Below are positions 8,438 to 18,338 of a DNA stretch of 64,000 nucleotides, piece after piece. The first letter of the stretch is position 1. The number at the start of each line of letters is the position of its first letter. The translations under genes were made by a program, and so were the position numbers. Origin of the DNA: an uncultured virus (IMG/VR IMGVR_UViG_3300032676_000987) (Duplodnaviria > Heunggongvirae > Uroviricota > Caudoviricetes). The stretch is taken from IMG/VR virus record IMGVR_UViG_3300032676_000987; one strand, given 5' to 3'. The notes beneath the pieces are model-generated. The model had not been told where the DNA came from. It did no database searches and worked only from the letters and a program-made list of their open reading frames with translations.

Positions 8438-10498
8438 ATGGCAAGCAAACAGTTTAACGCAATACAGGGATTCACTGTAGGAGATGCTACTATAGTTAGC
8501 GTAATAGACGCTAACGCCAATGTTACGGCTAATGCGTTAACTGCTACAGGTAATGCTAACGTTGGTAATTTGGGCTTTGGTTCGAATGTTATAATTGGCA
8601 CTGGTAACATCACTGCTGGTAATATCATAGGTATTATTGCAGCAGGTAGTAATACTATTACTACGACTGGCAATATCACCGGTGGTAACTTGATTGGGCC
8701 ACATGCTAACGGCAACTCAAACGTAAATATCCCAGCAGCTAACGGCAACGTCAACATATCTGCTGTCGGTAATGCTAATATCTTAGTAGTAACCGGTACT
8801 GGTGTAAATGTTTCAGGCACATTGAATGCTACTGGCAACGCTAACGTAGGTAATATCGGCGCAGCAACTGGCGTATTTACTACAGTAAAGGGTGAGGGTG
8901 GCAATCTCAGTAATATTCAGGGTGCTAATGTCAGTGGAACAGTTTCAAGTGCTACAACCGCAGGTACGGTCACTACAGCAGCACAGCCAAATATCACAAG
9001 TGTTGGTACTCTTACATCATTGAGTGTAACTGGCAACACTACAGTTGGTAACTTGATCGGTACGGTTGCTAATGGTAACTCAAACATTAGTATCCCTGCT
9101 GCAAATGGTAACATCAACTTAACTGCTGCTGGTGTAGCAAACGTTCTTGTTGTAACAGGCACAGGTGTCAATGTCAGCGGTACACTAAACACAACTGGCA
9201 ATGCTAACGTTGGTAACTTAGGTTTCGGTTCAGGTCAGATCACGGGTTCAGGTAACATCACTGGTGGTAACTTGGTATTGACTGGTAACTTAACAGTTGG
9301 CGGCACTGTAACCTATATCAACTCACAGACTCTTGCTGTTGTAGATCCAATCATTAATCTACAAACAGGTTCAAATGGTGCTCCGTTAGTAAGTAATACT
9401 GGCTATGATGTCGGTCTACAACTCAATTATTACACAAGTGCTCCGGTAGCTGCGTTTATGGGTTGGAAATCAGCTAATGCTGAATTTGTTTTTGCAAGTA
9501 ACGTTACTCAAACTGCTAATGTTGAAACTATTACTACACTAGGTAACGTTCGTGTTGGCAACATCATTGGTAATGGTCAGGCATTGACCGGTCTTGCAGG
9601 TGCTAATGTTACTGGACAAGTAGCTAATGCACTAGTAGCAGGAACTGTATATACTAACGCACAGCCAAACATTACGTCTGTAGGTACACTAACGTCACTT
9701 GCTGTTACAGGCAATATTACAGGTGGAAACTTAATAGGACCTCATGCAAATGGCAATAGCAATGTCAATATTCCTGCTGCAAATGGCAATGTTAACATAA
9801 CTGCTGCCGGGAATGTGACATTTGTAGTTACTGGAACTGGTGTTAACGTATCCGGTACATTAAATGCTACAGGTAATGCTAACGTTGGTAATTTGGGCTT
9901 TGGTTCGGGTGTTATAACTGGCACTGGTAACATCACTGCTGGTAATATCATAGGTATTATTGCAGCAGGTAGTAATACTATTACTACGACTGGCAATATC
10001 ACCGGTGGTAACTTGATTGGGCCACATGCTAACGGCAACTCAAACGTCAATATTCCTGCTGCAAATGGCAATGTTAATATCTCATCGGCGGGTAACGCCA
10101 ATATCTTAATTGTCACTGGCACTGGTGCAAATATCACAGGTACTTTAGGTGTCTCGGCCAACATAACAGCGACATCATATTATATTCATCCAGTTGCGAC
10201 TGGTATCGCGGCGGCCGGCTCCGCTCAAGGAAATGCTACAGTTCTAACTAAAGAAATTAATGTGGTAAGTACAGTATCTTCCGGCGCAAATGGCGTGCAA
10301 CTTCCTCTTAACCTTGCAGGTGGTATAATTTTCATTACTAACACTTCAGCGAACGCATTAAATGTTTACCCATCATCATCTGGTGCAATAAACACATTGG
10401 CAGCCAACGTAGCATTTGTTCAGTCTGCAGGTTCAACAATACAGTACATTGCACCAACTACCACTCAGTGGTATACAGTAGGCGCCACATACGCTTAA
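8438..10498 (+). CDS. Repeat-rich tail fibre-like protein
   Basis: Same NGNSNVNIPAANGN modules as the upstream gene, plus AQPNITSVGTLTSL repeats. Confidence 0.75.
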   Translation: MASKQFNAIQGFTVGDATIVSVIDANANVTANALTATGNANVGNLGFGSNVIIGTGNITAGNIIGIIAAGSNTITTTGNITGGNLIGPHANGNSNVNIPAANGNVNISAVGNANILVVTGTGVNVSGTLNATGNANVGNIGAATGVFTTVKGEGGNLSNIQGANVSGTVSSATTAGTVTTAAQPNITSVGTLTSLSVTGNTTVGNLIGTVANGNSNISIPAANGNINLTAAGVANVLVVTGTGVNVSGTLNTTGNANVGNLGFGSGQITGSGNITGGNLVLTGNLTVGGTVTYINSQTLAVVDPIINLQTGSNGAPLVSNTGYDVGLQLNYYTSAPVAAFMGWKSANAEFVFASNVTQTANVETITTLGNVRVGNIIGNGQALTGLAGANVTGQVANALVAGTVYTNAQPNITSVGTLTSLAVTGNITGGNLIGPHANGNSNVNIPAANGNVNITAAGNVTFVVTGTGVNVSGTLNATGNANVGNLGFGSGVITGTGNITAGNIIGIIAAGSNTITTTGNITGGNLIGPHANGNSNVNIPAANGNVNISSAGNANILIVTGTGANITGTLGVSANITATSYYIHPVATGIAAAGSAQGNATVLTKEINVVSTVSSGANGVQLPLNLAGGIIFITNTSANALNVYPSSSGAINTLAANVAFVQSAGSTIQYIAPTTTQWYTVGATYA
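8542..10047 (+). repeat. 183-bp near-perfect direct repeat (8542-8724 and 9865-10047)
   Basis: The copies differ at 3 positions by visual alignment; offset 1323 bp (in frame). Confidence 0.85.
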
Positions 10499-10514
10499 TT
10501 GAAGGGAAATTAAA

Positions 10515-10697
10515 ATGGCTAAAGCAAAAGGTTCAACTTCAGGTTCAACTTCAGGTTCAAGTAAAGGTACTAAGGTCATATTTAGTACACAAAAAGGTAA
10601 AAGCTCTATCGGCAAAAATCCTAGCTCAATCAAATTCAGCACTATGAATAAGAAGAAGCGTGCAAGCTATAAAGCATATCGTGGACAAGGTAGCTAA
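10515..10697 (+). CDS. Small basic Lys/Ser-rich protein
   Basis: 60 aa with an RBS-like GAAGGG; contains a 12-bp tandem repeat AGGTTCAACTTC (GSTS). Confidence 0.6.
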   Translation: MAKAKGSTSGSTSGSSKGTKVIFSTQKGKSSIGKNPSSIKFSTMNKKKRASYKAYRGQGS

Positions 10698-10699
10698 GC

Positions 10700-11323
10700 A
10701 TGAGCGAAGTTACACTAGAGTTATTACAGAAAATTTGTCCAAATACAAAATCTACTGTTTTGGCTAAATTTTTTGACCCTCTAAATACGGTAGGTCATCA
10801 TTTTGGATTGTTTGATAATCCAAAAAGAATGGCGGCCTTTTTGGCACAAGTAGCACATGAATCTGGTGGGTTCAACTCCATCAAAGAAGGATTGAGCTAC
10901 TCAGCAATTTCTCTGAATGAAGTCTTTAAAAAGTATTTCCCTACGGTAGATTCCGCTAAACCATATGAACGTAATGCACAAAAGATTGCAAGCAAAGTAT
11001 ATGCCAATCGTATGGGTAATGGAAACGAAGCATCCGGTGATGGATATAAATTCTGCGGACGGGGCCTAATTCAGTTAACCGGAAGACAGAATTATACTAA
11101 GTTTGCAGCATCAATTGGTAAAACACTTGACGAAACGGTCGCATACTTAGAAACACCAGAAGGTGCAACAGCAAGTGCGGGTTGGTTTTGGGACGTTAAC
11201 AAGCTAAGTATATATGCAGACACAGAAGATTTTGTGGGCTTAACTAGACGAATAAATGGTGGAACCATCGGATTAGAAGATAGAAAACATAACTATGAAC
11301 TTGCTATTGCTGCATTGAGCTAA
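10700..11323 (+). CDS. Glycoside hydrolase family 19 lysozyme/chitinase-like (endolysin or virion lysin)
   Basis: AFLAQVAHESGG, YANRMGNG, GRGLIQLTGRQNY, AGWFW, TRRINGG. Confidence 0.9.
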   Translation: MSEVTLELLQKICPNTKSTVLAKFFDPLNTVGHHFGLFDNPKRMAAFLAQVAHESGGFNSIKEGLSYSAISLNEVFKKYFPTVDSAKPYERNAQKIASKVYANRMGNGNEASGDGYKFCGRGLIQLTGRQNYTKFAASIGKTLDETVAYLETPEGATASAGWFWDVNKLSIYADTEDFVGLTRRINGGTIGLEDRKHNYELAIAALS

Positions 11324-11331
11324 GGATTAAA

Positions 11332-13875
11332 ATGGCACAGCCGATTTGGAATACTCCTGCAGGAGCATTAGGAACATATTCTGCAAACAGCGCATTGGTT
11401 TATCAACTGTCAGCATCGGCGGTTTTACCTGCGATTTCGGTAACTTACACTATAATCAGCGGAAATCTTCCGCCGGGTCTGAACATGGATTTTGCTGGTC
11501 TAATTACTGGAATCCCGTCGATAGTAAACGGTAATGCTACCTCTACGTTCGTGGTACGTGCAACAGACAATCTTCAAAACATCAGAGACAGAACTTTTAA
11601 TTTGGTAATTTCCGGAAATGTAGCTCCTAAATTCACTACTTCCTCAGGTGTTATTGCAACTATATTAGACAGTACCTGGTTCTCATATCAAATAGAATAT
11701 AGTAATCAAATAAGCACAAATCCAGTAGACATTCGAGTGGTTCAAGGTGGATTGCCCCCGGGAATAGAGATTAATCCATATGGACTAATACAGGGATACG
11801 CGGCTCCCCCGATAATAAGTGTGAACTTAGTAGCAGTTACCACAACTGCTACTTCTACACATGCTAATGCTATTGTATGTTTTAGTACCACTGGATTTAC
11901 AGTAGGCAGACCAGTCGTATTTACTGGTACAGTTTTTGGTGGCGTTGATCCCTCTACAACATACTACATTCAATCTATCGTTAACAGTAATTCATTCACA
12001 ATTTCTACTACTGCAGGCGGCCCGGTATTTCTATTGGACGACGCTTCGGGATTCATGACAGTGACTTTACCATCGATAACAGTTGGTGAACCAACTACAC
12101 AAACATATTCGTTTACCTTGAAGTTAGATAGCCCAAATGGTAGTAGTGTTCAAAATTATTCAATCACAGTAAGTAATCAAAATGCGGCGTCTTCGTTTGG
12201 GCCGGCCAAACCACCTAATACCAGAATACCTACAATTTTTAATACTAGACCAGAAACATACAATTTGGCTAGTAATGAGCAAGAATTTGGATATTATGTA
12301 CTGCCCCCGAATTCGGAAGGTCAAACATATGCACCTACTCAGCTAGCGTATATAGGTCAAGTATCTAACGATAACTATTTTTCTTTTAAGATTTTGGGAC
12401 ATGATTTTGATGGTAATCCTCTAACGTATATATTTGCTGACTTGCCGATATGGTTATCAGGTGATACTGTTACTGGTTGGCTTACTGGAATACCTATTAT
12501 AGGTAATAATTCCATAAGCGAGTACAATTTTAGTGTGTCTGTTTCTAAAACAAATAATCCTGCAATTCAAACGCCGTCGTTTAACTTTTCTCTAACGGTT
12601 TCAAACGGCATATTAGGAAATGTCGTATGGATAACACCTTCTAATCTGGGTGAAATCTATAATGGTACTATTAGCACGAGTAAAGTAAAAGCTTTGTCTG
12701 ATGTTCCGTTGAATTATAGATTGGCACCTGGTTCAAATGCATTACCACCTAATTTGTCCTTGTTCGACAACGGTGAAATTTCTGGAGTAGTTGCATTTCA
12801 ACCGACTGATGTACTTCTAGATGTTGGAACAACTACAGATTTTACTTTTACTGTAGAAGCCTATTCATCATCCTTTCCTATGATATCTTCGACTCAGACA
12901 TTTACTCTGTCTGTTTATCAAGAGTATTCTCAACCCACAGATACTATCTACATAAAATGTGTACCTAGTGTATCGGATAGACAGTTATTAGCTAGTTTGC
13001 TTAACAATGATTCATTAATACCAAATAGCTATCTGTACAGACCAAATGATCCTTATTTCGGTAAGGCATCCAGTATTGTATATGAACATGCATATGGTAT
13101 TTTCGCAAGCAACTTTGATGAATATGTAGCAGCAATCACAAAAAATCACTATTGGAGAAACATAACCTTAGGTGAAATAAAAACTGCGGTCGCAAAAGAT
13201 GATAACGGAAATATCATTTATGAAGTAGTATATAGCGAAGTTATAGATAACTTGATAAATCCTCAAGGTATTAGCGTTTCAGAAGAACTGTATTGGCCTA
13301 GACCTATTCCATTGAATTTGGGACCATGGTATGATAGCGTCACGGACATTTTTACGAGCTACGAACAGGCTCCTGACGGTCAAGAGTTTTATACTAGTCT
13401 AACTCCCGGAGTTGCTCAAGTCGTATATCCTAACTCTCTACCAAATATGAGAAACAGAGTCGGGCAAGAACTAGGACAGACATTTAACTCTAAGATACTT
13501 CCCGCTTGGATGACTAGTCAACAATCAGATGGATCCACATTAGGATATACTCCTGCTTGGGTAATAGCATATTGTAGCCCAGGTACAGTAAATTTAAATG
13601 GTACCAACGTTAGCTATGCACAGTACATTCAATATCAAATTCAAAACAACTGGGTGAACGAGTTGGGATATGTAAACACACTTAATACTATTAACTTCAA
13701 GATAGACAGAATCACAGTAGATAAGAGTGTTACTTACGATTATGAAAACAATCTAAGTCCTCCCGCATGGACTGGTCTTCCAAGTGCTACTCCTACACCT
13801 AATCCACTGGATTCTAAAGACTTTAGTGTGTTGTTCCCGCAACAAACAATTTTACCGAACAAGACTCAATACTAA
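11332..13875 (+). CDS. Baseplate-wedge-like structural protein with putative Ig-like repeats
   Basis: Repeated Y.I.SG.LPPGL...G.I.G.P Ig-like motifs; located among structural genes. Confidence 0.6.
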   Translation: MAQPIWNTPAGALGTYSANSALVYQLSASAVLPAISVTYTIISGNLPPGLNMDFAGLITGIPSIVNGNATSTFVVRATDNLQNIRDRTFNLVISGNVAPKFTTSSGVIATILDSTWFSYQIEYSNQISTNPVDIRVVQGGLPPGIEINPYGLIQGYAAPPIISVNLVAVTTTATSTHANAIVCFSTTGFTVGRPVVFTGTVFGGVDPSTTYYIQSIVNSNSFTISTTAGGPVFLLDDASGFMTVTLPSITVGEPTTQTYSFTLKLDSPNGSSVQNYSITVSNQNAASSFGPAKPPNTRIPTIFNTRPETYNLASNEQEFGYYVLPPNSEGQTYAPTQLAYIGQVSNDNYFSFKILGHDFDGNPLTYIFADLPIWLSGDTVTGWLTGIPIIGNNSISEYNFSVSVSKTNNPAIQTPSFNFSLTVSNGILGNVVWITPSNLGEIYNGTISTSKVKALSDVPLNYRLAPGSNALPPNLSLFDNGEISGVVAFQPTDVLLDVGTTTDFTFTVEAYSSSFPMISSTQTFTLSVYQEYSQPTDTIYIKCVPSVSDRQLLASLLNNDSLIPNSYLYRPNDPYFGKASSIVYEHAYGIFASNFDEYVAAITKNHYWRNITLGEIKTAVAKDDNGNIIYEVVYSEVIDNLINPQGISVSEELYWPRPIPLNLGPWYDSVTDIFTSYEQAPDGQEFYTSLTPGVAQVVYPNSLPNMRNRVGQELGQTFNSKILPAWMTSQQSDGSTLGYTPAWVIAYCSPGTVNLNGTNVSYAQYIQYQIQNNWVNELGYVNTLNTINFKIDRITVDKSVTYDYENNLSPPAWTGLPSATPTPNPLDSKDFSVLFPQQTILPNKTQY

Positions 13876-13897
13876 ATACATTACGGAATAGAGAAAT

Positions 13898-15187
13898 ATG
13901 AGCCAAATAAACACAAACGGAATCAACACTAATTATCCTGTACCTGGACAAAACAATAGTTCACAGGGTTTCAGAGATAATTTTAGTCAAATAACGACAC
14001 AGCTAGATACCGGTGCGTCTGAAATTACAGATTTGCAGTCTAAGGTTTTGTTAAAAGCTGCATTGAACAACTCCACGTTGAACAATGACATGGCCAATAC
14101 TTTAATCAGCAATGCCTCTACTAGAGGATTTAGAGCTACCACTTATAATCTAGGCAATGCGTTGTCAGGAACTGTTCTTGTGGATGTAAACAGAGCAGAT
14201 GTGCAAATTGGCGCTATAACAGGAAATGTAACACTTCAATTTGGTGGTTGGTCTCCGACTAACACCGAAAGCAATGTCGTATTGAGACTGACTGTCGCAA
14301 ATGCTAATGCAACTATTTCGCTTCCTAGTAGCTGTGTTTCTTCGAATAATGATTATGGTGTTACGTTATTAGAAAATTATGCAAACATAGCCAATGTTGC
14401 AACATTAACAGCACCCGCAAATACTTCTCTATTAGAATACACCTTTTCGACAATAGATTGTGGAAATACAGTTATAGTTTCTCCAATCAATCGATCATAC
14501 AAGTCAACCCAAATTGTTACTCGTGACCCTCCACCAACTGGTCTGCCAGGAGACACAGCCGGCGACGTTGCAATGGGGTCATCTATTGGACAATTGACAA
14601 TCACGTCATCAGCCGGAACAAGCGAATTATTTACTACTAGCGGAAATACTTCTCAACTATATCCAACTTTACCAATTGTGTTCACCGGTACTAGCTTTGA
14701 GGCAAACATTACTGCTGGTACAACCTATTATGTAAGAAACGTATATTCTAGCAATACGTTTACCGTATCAAGTACATTAGGTGGAGCCAATGTAAATTTA
14801 GCAGGATGCTCTTCACCTACATTGTCAATGTACGCTAATCCGGCTACATATCTTTATCTGGCTACTGGAAATTTTAACTCGACCCCGCAGGCCAAACAAG
14901 TACAGAATACGTATGCAACTGGTAACCTAATTAATCTAGATGGTACTGCAAACTTAGTAGTTAATGCTCCAATCGTATTTACGGGTAACGTGTTCGGTGG
15001 TATTGTAGCTAATACAGTTTACTACATTACATCAATTAGTTCTCCTAATATTTCAGTAAGCCAAACCCGTGTCAACGGTGTCGCCGGTGCAAATATTGCT
15101 CTTACTGATGCTAACGGCACTGCTGTAGCAACATGTTATACTGGTGGAAATGATATTTGGAAACGCATTTCGCTCACGCCGTGGTAA
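13898..15187 (+). CDS. Virion structural protein (baseplate/fibre-associated)
   Basis: YPVPGQNNSSQGFRDNF N-terminus; two copies of the PIVFTG...GI.A.T.YY module; IWKRISL C-terminus; late promoter. Confidence 0.65.
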   Translation: MSQINTNGINTNYPVPGQNNSSQGFRDNFSQITTQLDTGASEITDLQSKVLLKAALNNSTLNNDMANTLISNASTRGFRATTYNLGNALSGTVLVDVNRADVQIGAITGNVTLQFGGWSPTNTESNVVLRLTVANANATISLPSSCVSSNNDYGVTLLENYANIANVATLTAPANTSLLEYTFSTIDCGNTVIVSPINRSYKSTQIVTRDPPPTGLPGDTAGDVAMGSSIGQLTITSSAGTSELFTTSGNTSQLYPTLPIVFTGTSFEANITAGTTYYVRNVYSSNTFTVSSTLGGANVNLAGCSSPTLSMYANPATYLYLATGNFNSTPQAKQVQNTYATGNLINLDGTANLVVNAPIVFTGNVFGGIVANTVYYITSISSPNISVSQTRVNGVAGANIALTDANGTAVATCYTGGNDIWKRISLTPW

Positions 15188-15191
15188 TCTG

Positions 15192-15440
15192 ATGTCTGAA
15201 CATCCATTCATTGATCGAATTGTACTTGAAAGTAAATCTCTAGAAGAACTTCAAGAAACAGTATCTAGCCTAACAAACAAGCTAACGTTCGCATATAGAA
15301 CCATGAACGGTCCGCTGATTCAGCAATTGCAGATGGCACTGGAATCATACAAAGGCCAGCAACGAAAAAAGATGGATGAGATTTTTGAAAAACAAAAGAT
15401 CAACACCAAAATCAATATTCAATCTGATACCCAAAAGTAA
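15192..15440 (+). CDS. Hypothetical protein
   Basis: ATG 15192 immediately follows the previous stop; predicted helical. Confidence 0.6.
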   Translation: MSEHPFIDRIVLESKSLEELQETVSSLTNKLTFAYRTMNGPLIQQLQMALESYKGQQRKKMDEIFEKQKINTKINIQSDTQK

Positions 15441-15469
15441 TTGACATTTAAGACATAATGTCGTATATA
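15441..15469 (+). promoter_or_regulatory. Sigma70-type promoter
   Basis: TTGACA-17-TATATA; predicted start site falls on ATG 15476. Confidence 0.6.
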
Positions 15470-15475
15470 TGAAAT

Positions 15476-15985
15476 ATGATTACCGACAAATATGGTCAAC
15501 AAATCTATTCTGAGCAGGACATCTGCGATTTATACATGACCAATCCAGATATGGTATTCAATAATGCTTTGGTTTCATCTGATATAAACTTTGATCCTAA
15601 GTTAAACCTAGATCAAGTTCCTAAACTCATTCATCATATAGTAGATGAGTCTAATACAGTAGAAAAATTTGATGAAATATGCCAGCAAAATTGGCATTTG
15701 CCTGAGGCATATAAAAACTTTGACATCGCAAAGTTCGTGTTAGACCAATGCAAAAATGAAGCAGAACTTCAACGAGCAGGAGAAGAATTGATTCTCTATC
15801 AAGAACGCGGCATGTTTATATTATTGCAGTATCTAAAATATCTAGTAGATACAATGCGCAGAAATAAAATAGTGTGGGGTGTGGGGAGAGGTTCAAGCGT
15901 AAGTAGTTTCGTTCTGTATCTTCTAGGAGTCCATCGGATTAATTCTTTACATTACGATTTGTCCATAGACGAATTCTTAAAATAA
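15476..15985 (+). CDS. DNA polymerase III alpha (DnaE)-like fragment
   Basis: EL..Y...LVDTMRRNKIVWGVGRGSSVSSFVLYLLGVHRINSLHYDL..DEFL matches the DnaE GRGS region; only 169 aa. Confidence 0.75.
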   Translation: MITDKYGQQIYSEQDICDLYMTNPDMVFNNALVSSDINFDPKLNLDQVPKLIHHIVDESNTVEKFDEICQQNWHLPEAYKNFDIAKFVLDQCKNEAELQRAGEELILYQERGMFILLQYLKYLVDTMRRNKIVWGVGRGSSVSSFVLYLLGVHRINSLHYDLSIDEFLK

Positions 15986-16027
15986 AGTCGTGTATATACG
16001 AGCATAAATACAAAAAAGGAGACTAAA

Positions 16028-16477
16028 ATGGCAACACATAGATCAGCAATGGGAAGATCAGTAGATATGTCCCAGATTGTGGCTAGAAATGAGCGTGTGC
16101 GTGCAGTCGGTAATATGAAGGTTAATGCGCGTGGTGATAGCATCGATTCTCAAGGTCGAATTATTTCCCCTATGACACAAAAGGCAGGCCAACGTTATCA
16201 AAATACTGTAAACAACCGTACAGCAAATGAACTTAATCAAGGACTTCAACGTAGACCAAATCCACAACCAGTTGATAATGTTCCACCGGCGCCAGTAGCG
16301 GCTCCGGTACCTATTCCAGTTGACGAGCTATTAGCAAACGAACTTGAATTGGAAGACGACGCAGAGGCAGCAGAAATTGAATCTATTAAAGCAGCCGAAG
16401 CAAAGAAAAAAGTAGTAATCAAGCCTGCTAGTGAGGCTCCAGATTTTTTCAAACCAGAACCTAAGAAAACAAAATAA
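16028..16477 (+). CDS. Hypothetical late protein
   Basis: AAGGAG RBS; late promoter at 16004. Confidence 0.7.
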   Translation: MATHRSAMGRSVDMSQIVARNERVRAVGNMKVNARGDSIDSQGRIISPMTQKAGQRYQNTVNNRTANELNQGLQRRPNPQPVDNVPPAPVAAPVPIPVDELLANELELEDDAEAAEIESIKAAEAKKKVVIKPASEAPDFFKPEPKKTK

Positions 16478-16483
16478 ATACAT

Positions 16484-16849
16484 ATGACAAAAGTTAACGC
16501 TACAATAACTAAATTAGAAAAACTCCGACCACTAAGAGATACTATTCTAGTATGTGACATGGAGTTTAAAGAACGTCTAAGCCGTGGGGGAATTATTCTC
16601 ATGGATGATGACATGAAAAGTTCAGGGATTCGACCCCGCTGGGCAAAAGTATATGCAGTGGGGCCTGAAGTAAAAGATGAAGATATTAAAGTAGGCAGTT
16701 ATATTATGATAGCGCACGGTCGCTGGTCGCGCGGACAGACTATAGAAGACGCGGACGGCGAGAAAATTATCCGTAAAGTTGATTCAAATGATATTTTACT
16801 AGTTAGCGATGAGTACGTTAACGATTATACTATGAGTGATAAAATTTAA
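16484..16849 (+). CDS. groES: GroES-like co-chaperonin
   Basis: LRPLRDTILV, SRGGIIL, AKVYAVGP, IKVG, DILLV. Confidence 0.8.
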   Translation: MTKVNATITKLEKLRPLRDTILVCDMEFKERLSRGGIILMDDDMKSSGIRPRWAKVYAVGPEVKDEDIKVGSYIMIAHGRWSRGQTIEDADGEKIIRKVDSNDILLVSDEYVNDYTMSDKI

Positions 16850-16916
16850 AAACAAAAGGGGAGCGAGAAAAATACGGTGCAATTGGCCCCGTGCTCCCCG
16901 ATTTTAAGGCAAATCA

Positions 16917-17117
16917 ATGAAAACTGAAAATAAAAAGAGTGCCCTTATGCAGGCTGCTCCGTATTTTGTTGCGGCAAGTTTAGCTGTTGCGGCATATACC
17001 TGGTATCTTTCTTCTAAAGGTGAAGAAGAACGGGAACCTATAGAAGATCCTCCCCTTGACTTTGATCAGGATCCTGCGATACAATCATTGTTGAGAGAAA
17101 TGAGAGAATATTTATGA
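16917..17117 (+). CDS. Small membrane protein
   Basis: One hydrophobic helix followed by an acidic tail; ATGA overlap with the next gene. Confidence 0.55.
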   Translation: MKTENKKSALMQAAPYFVAASLAVAAYTWYLSSKGEEEREPIEDPPLDFDQDPAIQSLLREMREYL

Positions 17118-18040
17118 AAAATGCCCTTTGGGTTGAGAGATACCGCCCGACATCAATCACTGACTATGTATTCGTAGATCAGCGACAAAAGGATCAGGTA
17201 GAAGCTTGGATTAAGGAAGGGACTATTCCACATCTACTTTTGTCAGGTGATCCGGGTACAGGTAAGACTACCCTAGCTAAGGTTCTGATCAGTGAACTTG
17301 GTGTACAACCATATGACGTGATGGAAATCAACGCTTCTCGTCAAAACGGCATCGATATCGTAAAAGACAAGATTAACGGTTTTGCGCAGACTATGCCTTT
17401 TGGTAAGTTTAAAGTCATTCTACTTGACGAAGCAGACTATACGACTCCTAACTTTCAGGCTGCATTGCGTAGCGATATGGAAACTTATGCAGACACCGTT
17501 AGATTCATTCTGACTTGTAACTATGAATCTAAGATTATCCCTGCTCTAAGAGAAAGCCGCTGTTATAAATTTCATATCGCCAAACCTGATCACGTAGAGT
17601 TTACCGCAAGAGCAGCAACAGTATTGGTATCCGAAGGTATAGATTTTGATCTAGACACTCTAGACACATATGTTCGTGCATCCTATCCTGATTTGCGTAA
17701 GTGCTTGAATCAATTACAGAATAACTCTAAAACAGGAAAACTTGTTCCTCCTAATACTGAGGGAAATAGCGAGGACGAAATATTGCTCGCTGCTACCGAA
17801 CTTTTTAAAGATGGCAAGATTCTTGAGGGGCGCCAACAACTAATGCAGTACATCAGCCTCTACCCGACTAGGATTGAAGACACCTATCGATGGATGTATA
17901 TGAACTTAGATTTGTGGGGAAAGACACAAGAACGTAAGGATGCCAGTATCGTCATCATTCGTAACGGACTCGCTAATCTTCCGCTTGTTGGTATTCCCGA
18001 AATTTCATTGGCAGCTACAATTATAGAGTTAACATCATGA
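17114..18040 (+). CDS. Clamp loader AAA+ subunit (RFC/gp44-like)
   Basis: WVERYRP, GDPGTGKTT, EINAS, ILLDEAD, FILTCN, SRC, DLRK. Confidence 0.9.
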   Translation: MKNALWVERYRPTSITDYVFVDQRQKDQVEAWIKEGTIPHLLLSGDPGTGKTTLAKVLISELGVQPYDVMEINASRQNGIDIVKDKINGFAQTMPFGKFKVILLDEADYTTPNFQAALRSDMETYADTVRFILTCNYESKIIPALRESRCYKFHIAKPDHVEFTARAATVLVSEGIDFDLDTLDTYVRASYPDLRKCLNQLQNNSKTGKLVPPNTEGNSEDEILLAATELFKDGKILEGRQQLMQYISLYPTRIEDTYRWMYMNLDLWGKTQERKDASIVIIRNGLANLPLVGIPEISLAATIIELTS

Positions 18041-18312
18041 GATATCTTCTCCTCACCTTTTCCCGTAAGGCCAATGGTCAAATTGACGAAATGGTAACCA
18101 CTAGTAAGCGAGTTAGAACTTCTGACCTAACCAACTCCAATGTCATTCTAGACTTTGCTGAAAAGAAAGTTGACAAGTGCGTAATTGAGGGGAAGAAGCA
18201 CGACACTACATTCGAGCAAATGCGCAATTACTATCAAAAGATATATCCTCAGTTGATTGACCAGTTAGAGCGAGAAGCTCCTATTACTGCCAAAGAAAAG
18301 AAGAAGAAATAG
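18037..18312 (+). CDS. Hypothetical protein
   Basis: Translationally coupled to the clamp loader gene (ATGA). Confidence 0.6.
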   Translation: MRYLLLTFSRKANGQIDEMVTTSKRVRTSDLTNSNVILDFAEKKVDKCVIEGKKHDTTFEQMRNYYQKIYPQLIDQLEREAPITAKEKKKK

Positions 18313-18336
18313 TAAACGGGGCACTGCCCCGTTTAC
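18312..18336. terminator. Probable bidirectional intrinsic terminator
   Basis: Perfect 11-bp stem GTAAACGGGGC-ACT-GCCCCGTTTAC between convergent genes. Confidence 0.75.
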
Positions 18337-18338
18337 CT

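Noticed and set aside
8542..10047. The 183-bp repeat pair as a diversity-generating retroelement TR/VR
   Set aside because: There are only 3 mismatches and one is T/C rather than at an adenine. Both copies are inside one ORF, and there is no reverse transcriptase in the window.
4069..10164. Many minus-strand ORFs over the fibre genes
   Set aside because: They are shadow ORFs caused by the biased, repetitive codons of the plus-strand genes; no RBS or promoter support.
16858..16899. Bulged GC-rich hairpin after groES as an ncRNA or tRNA
   Set aside because: It is too short and has no cloverleaf or T-loop; most likely a terminator or processing stem.
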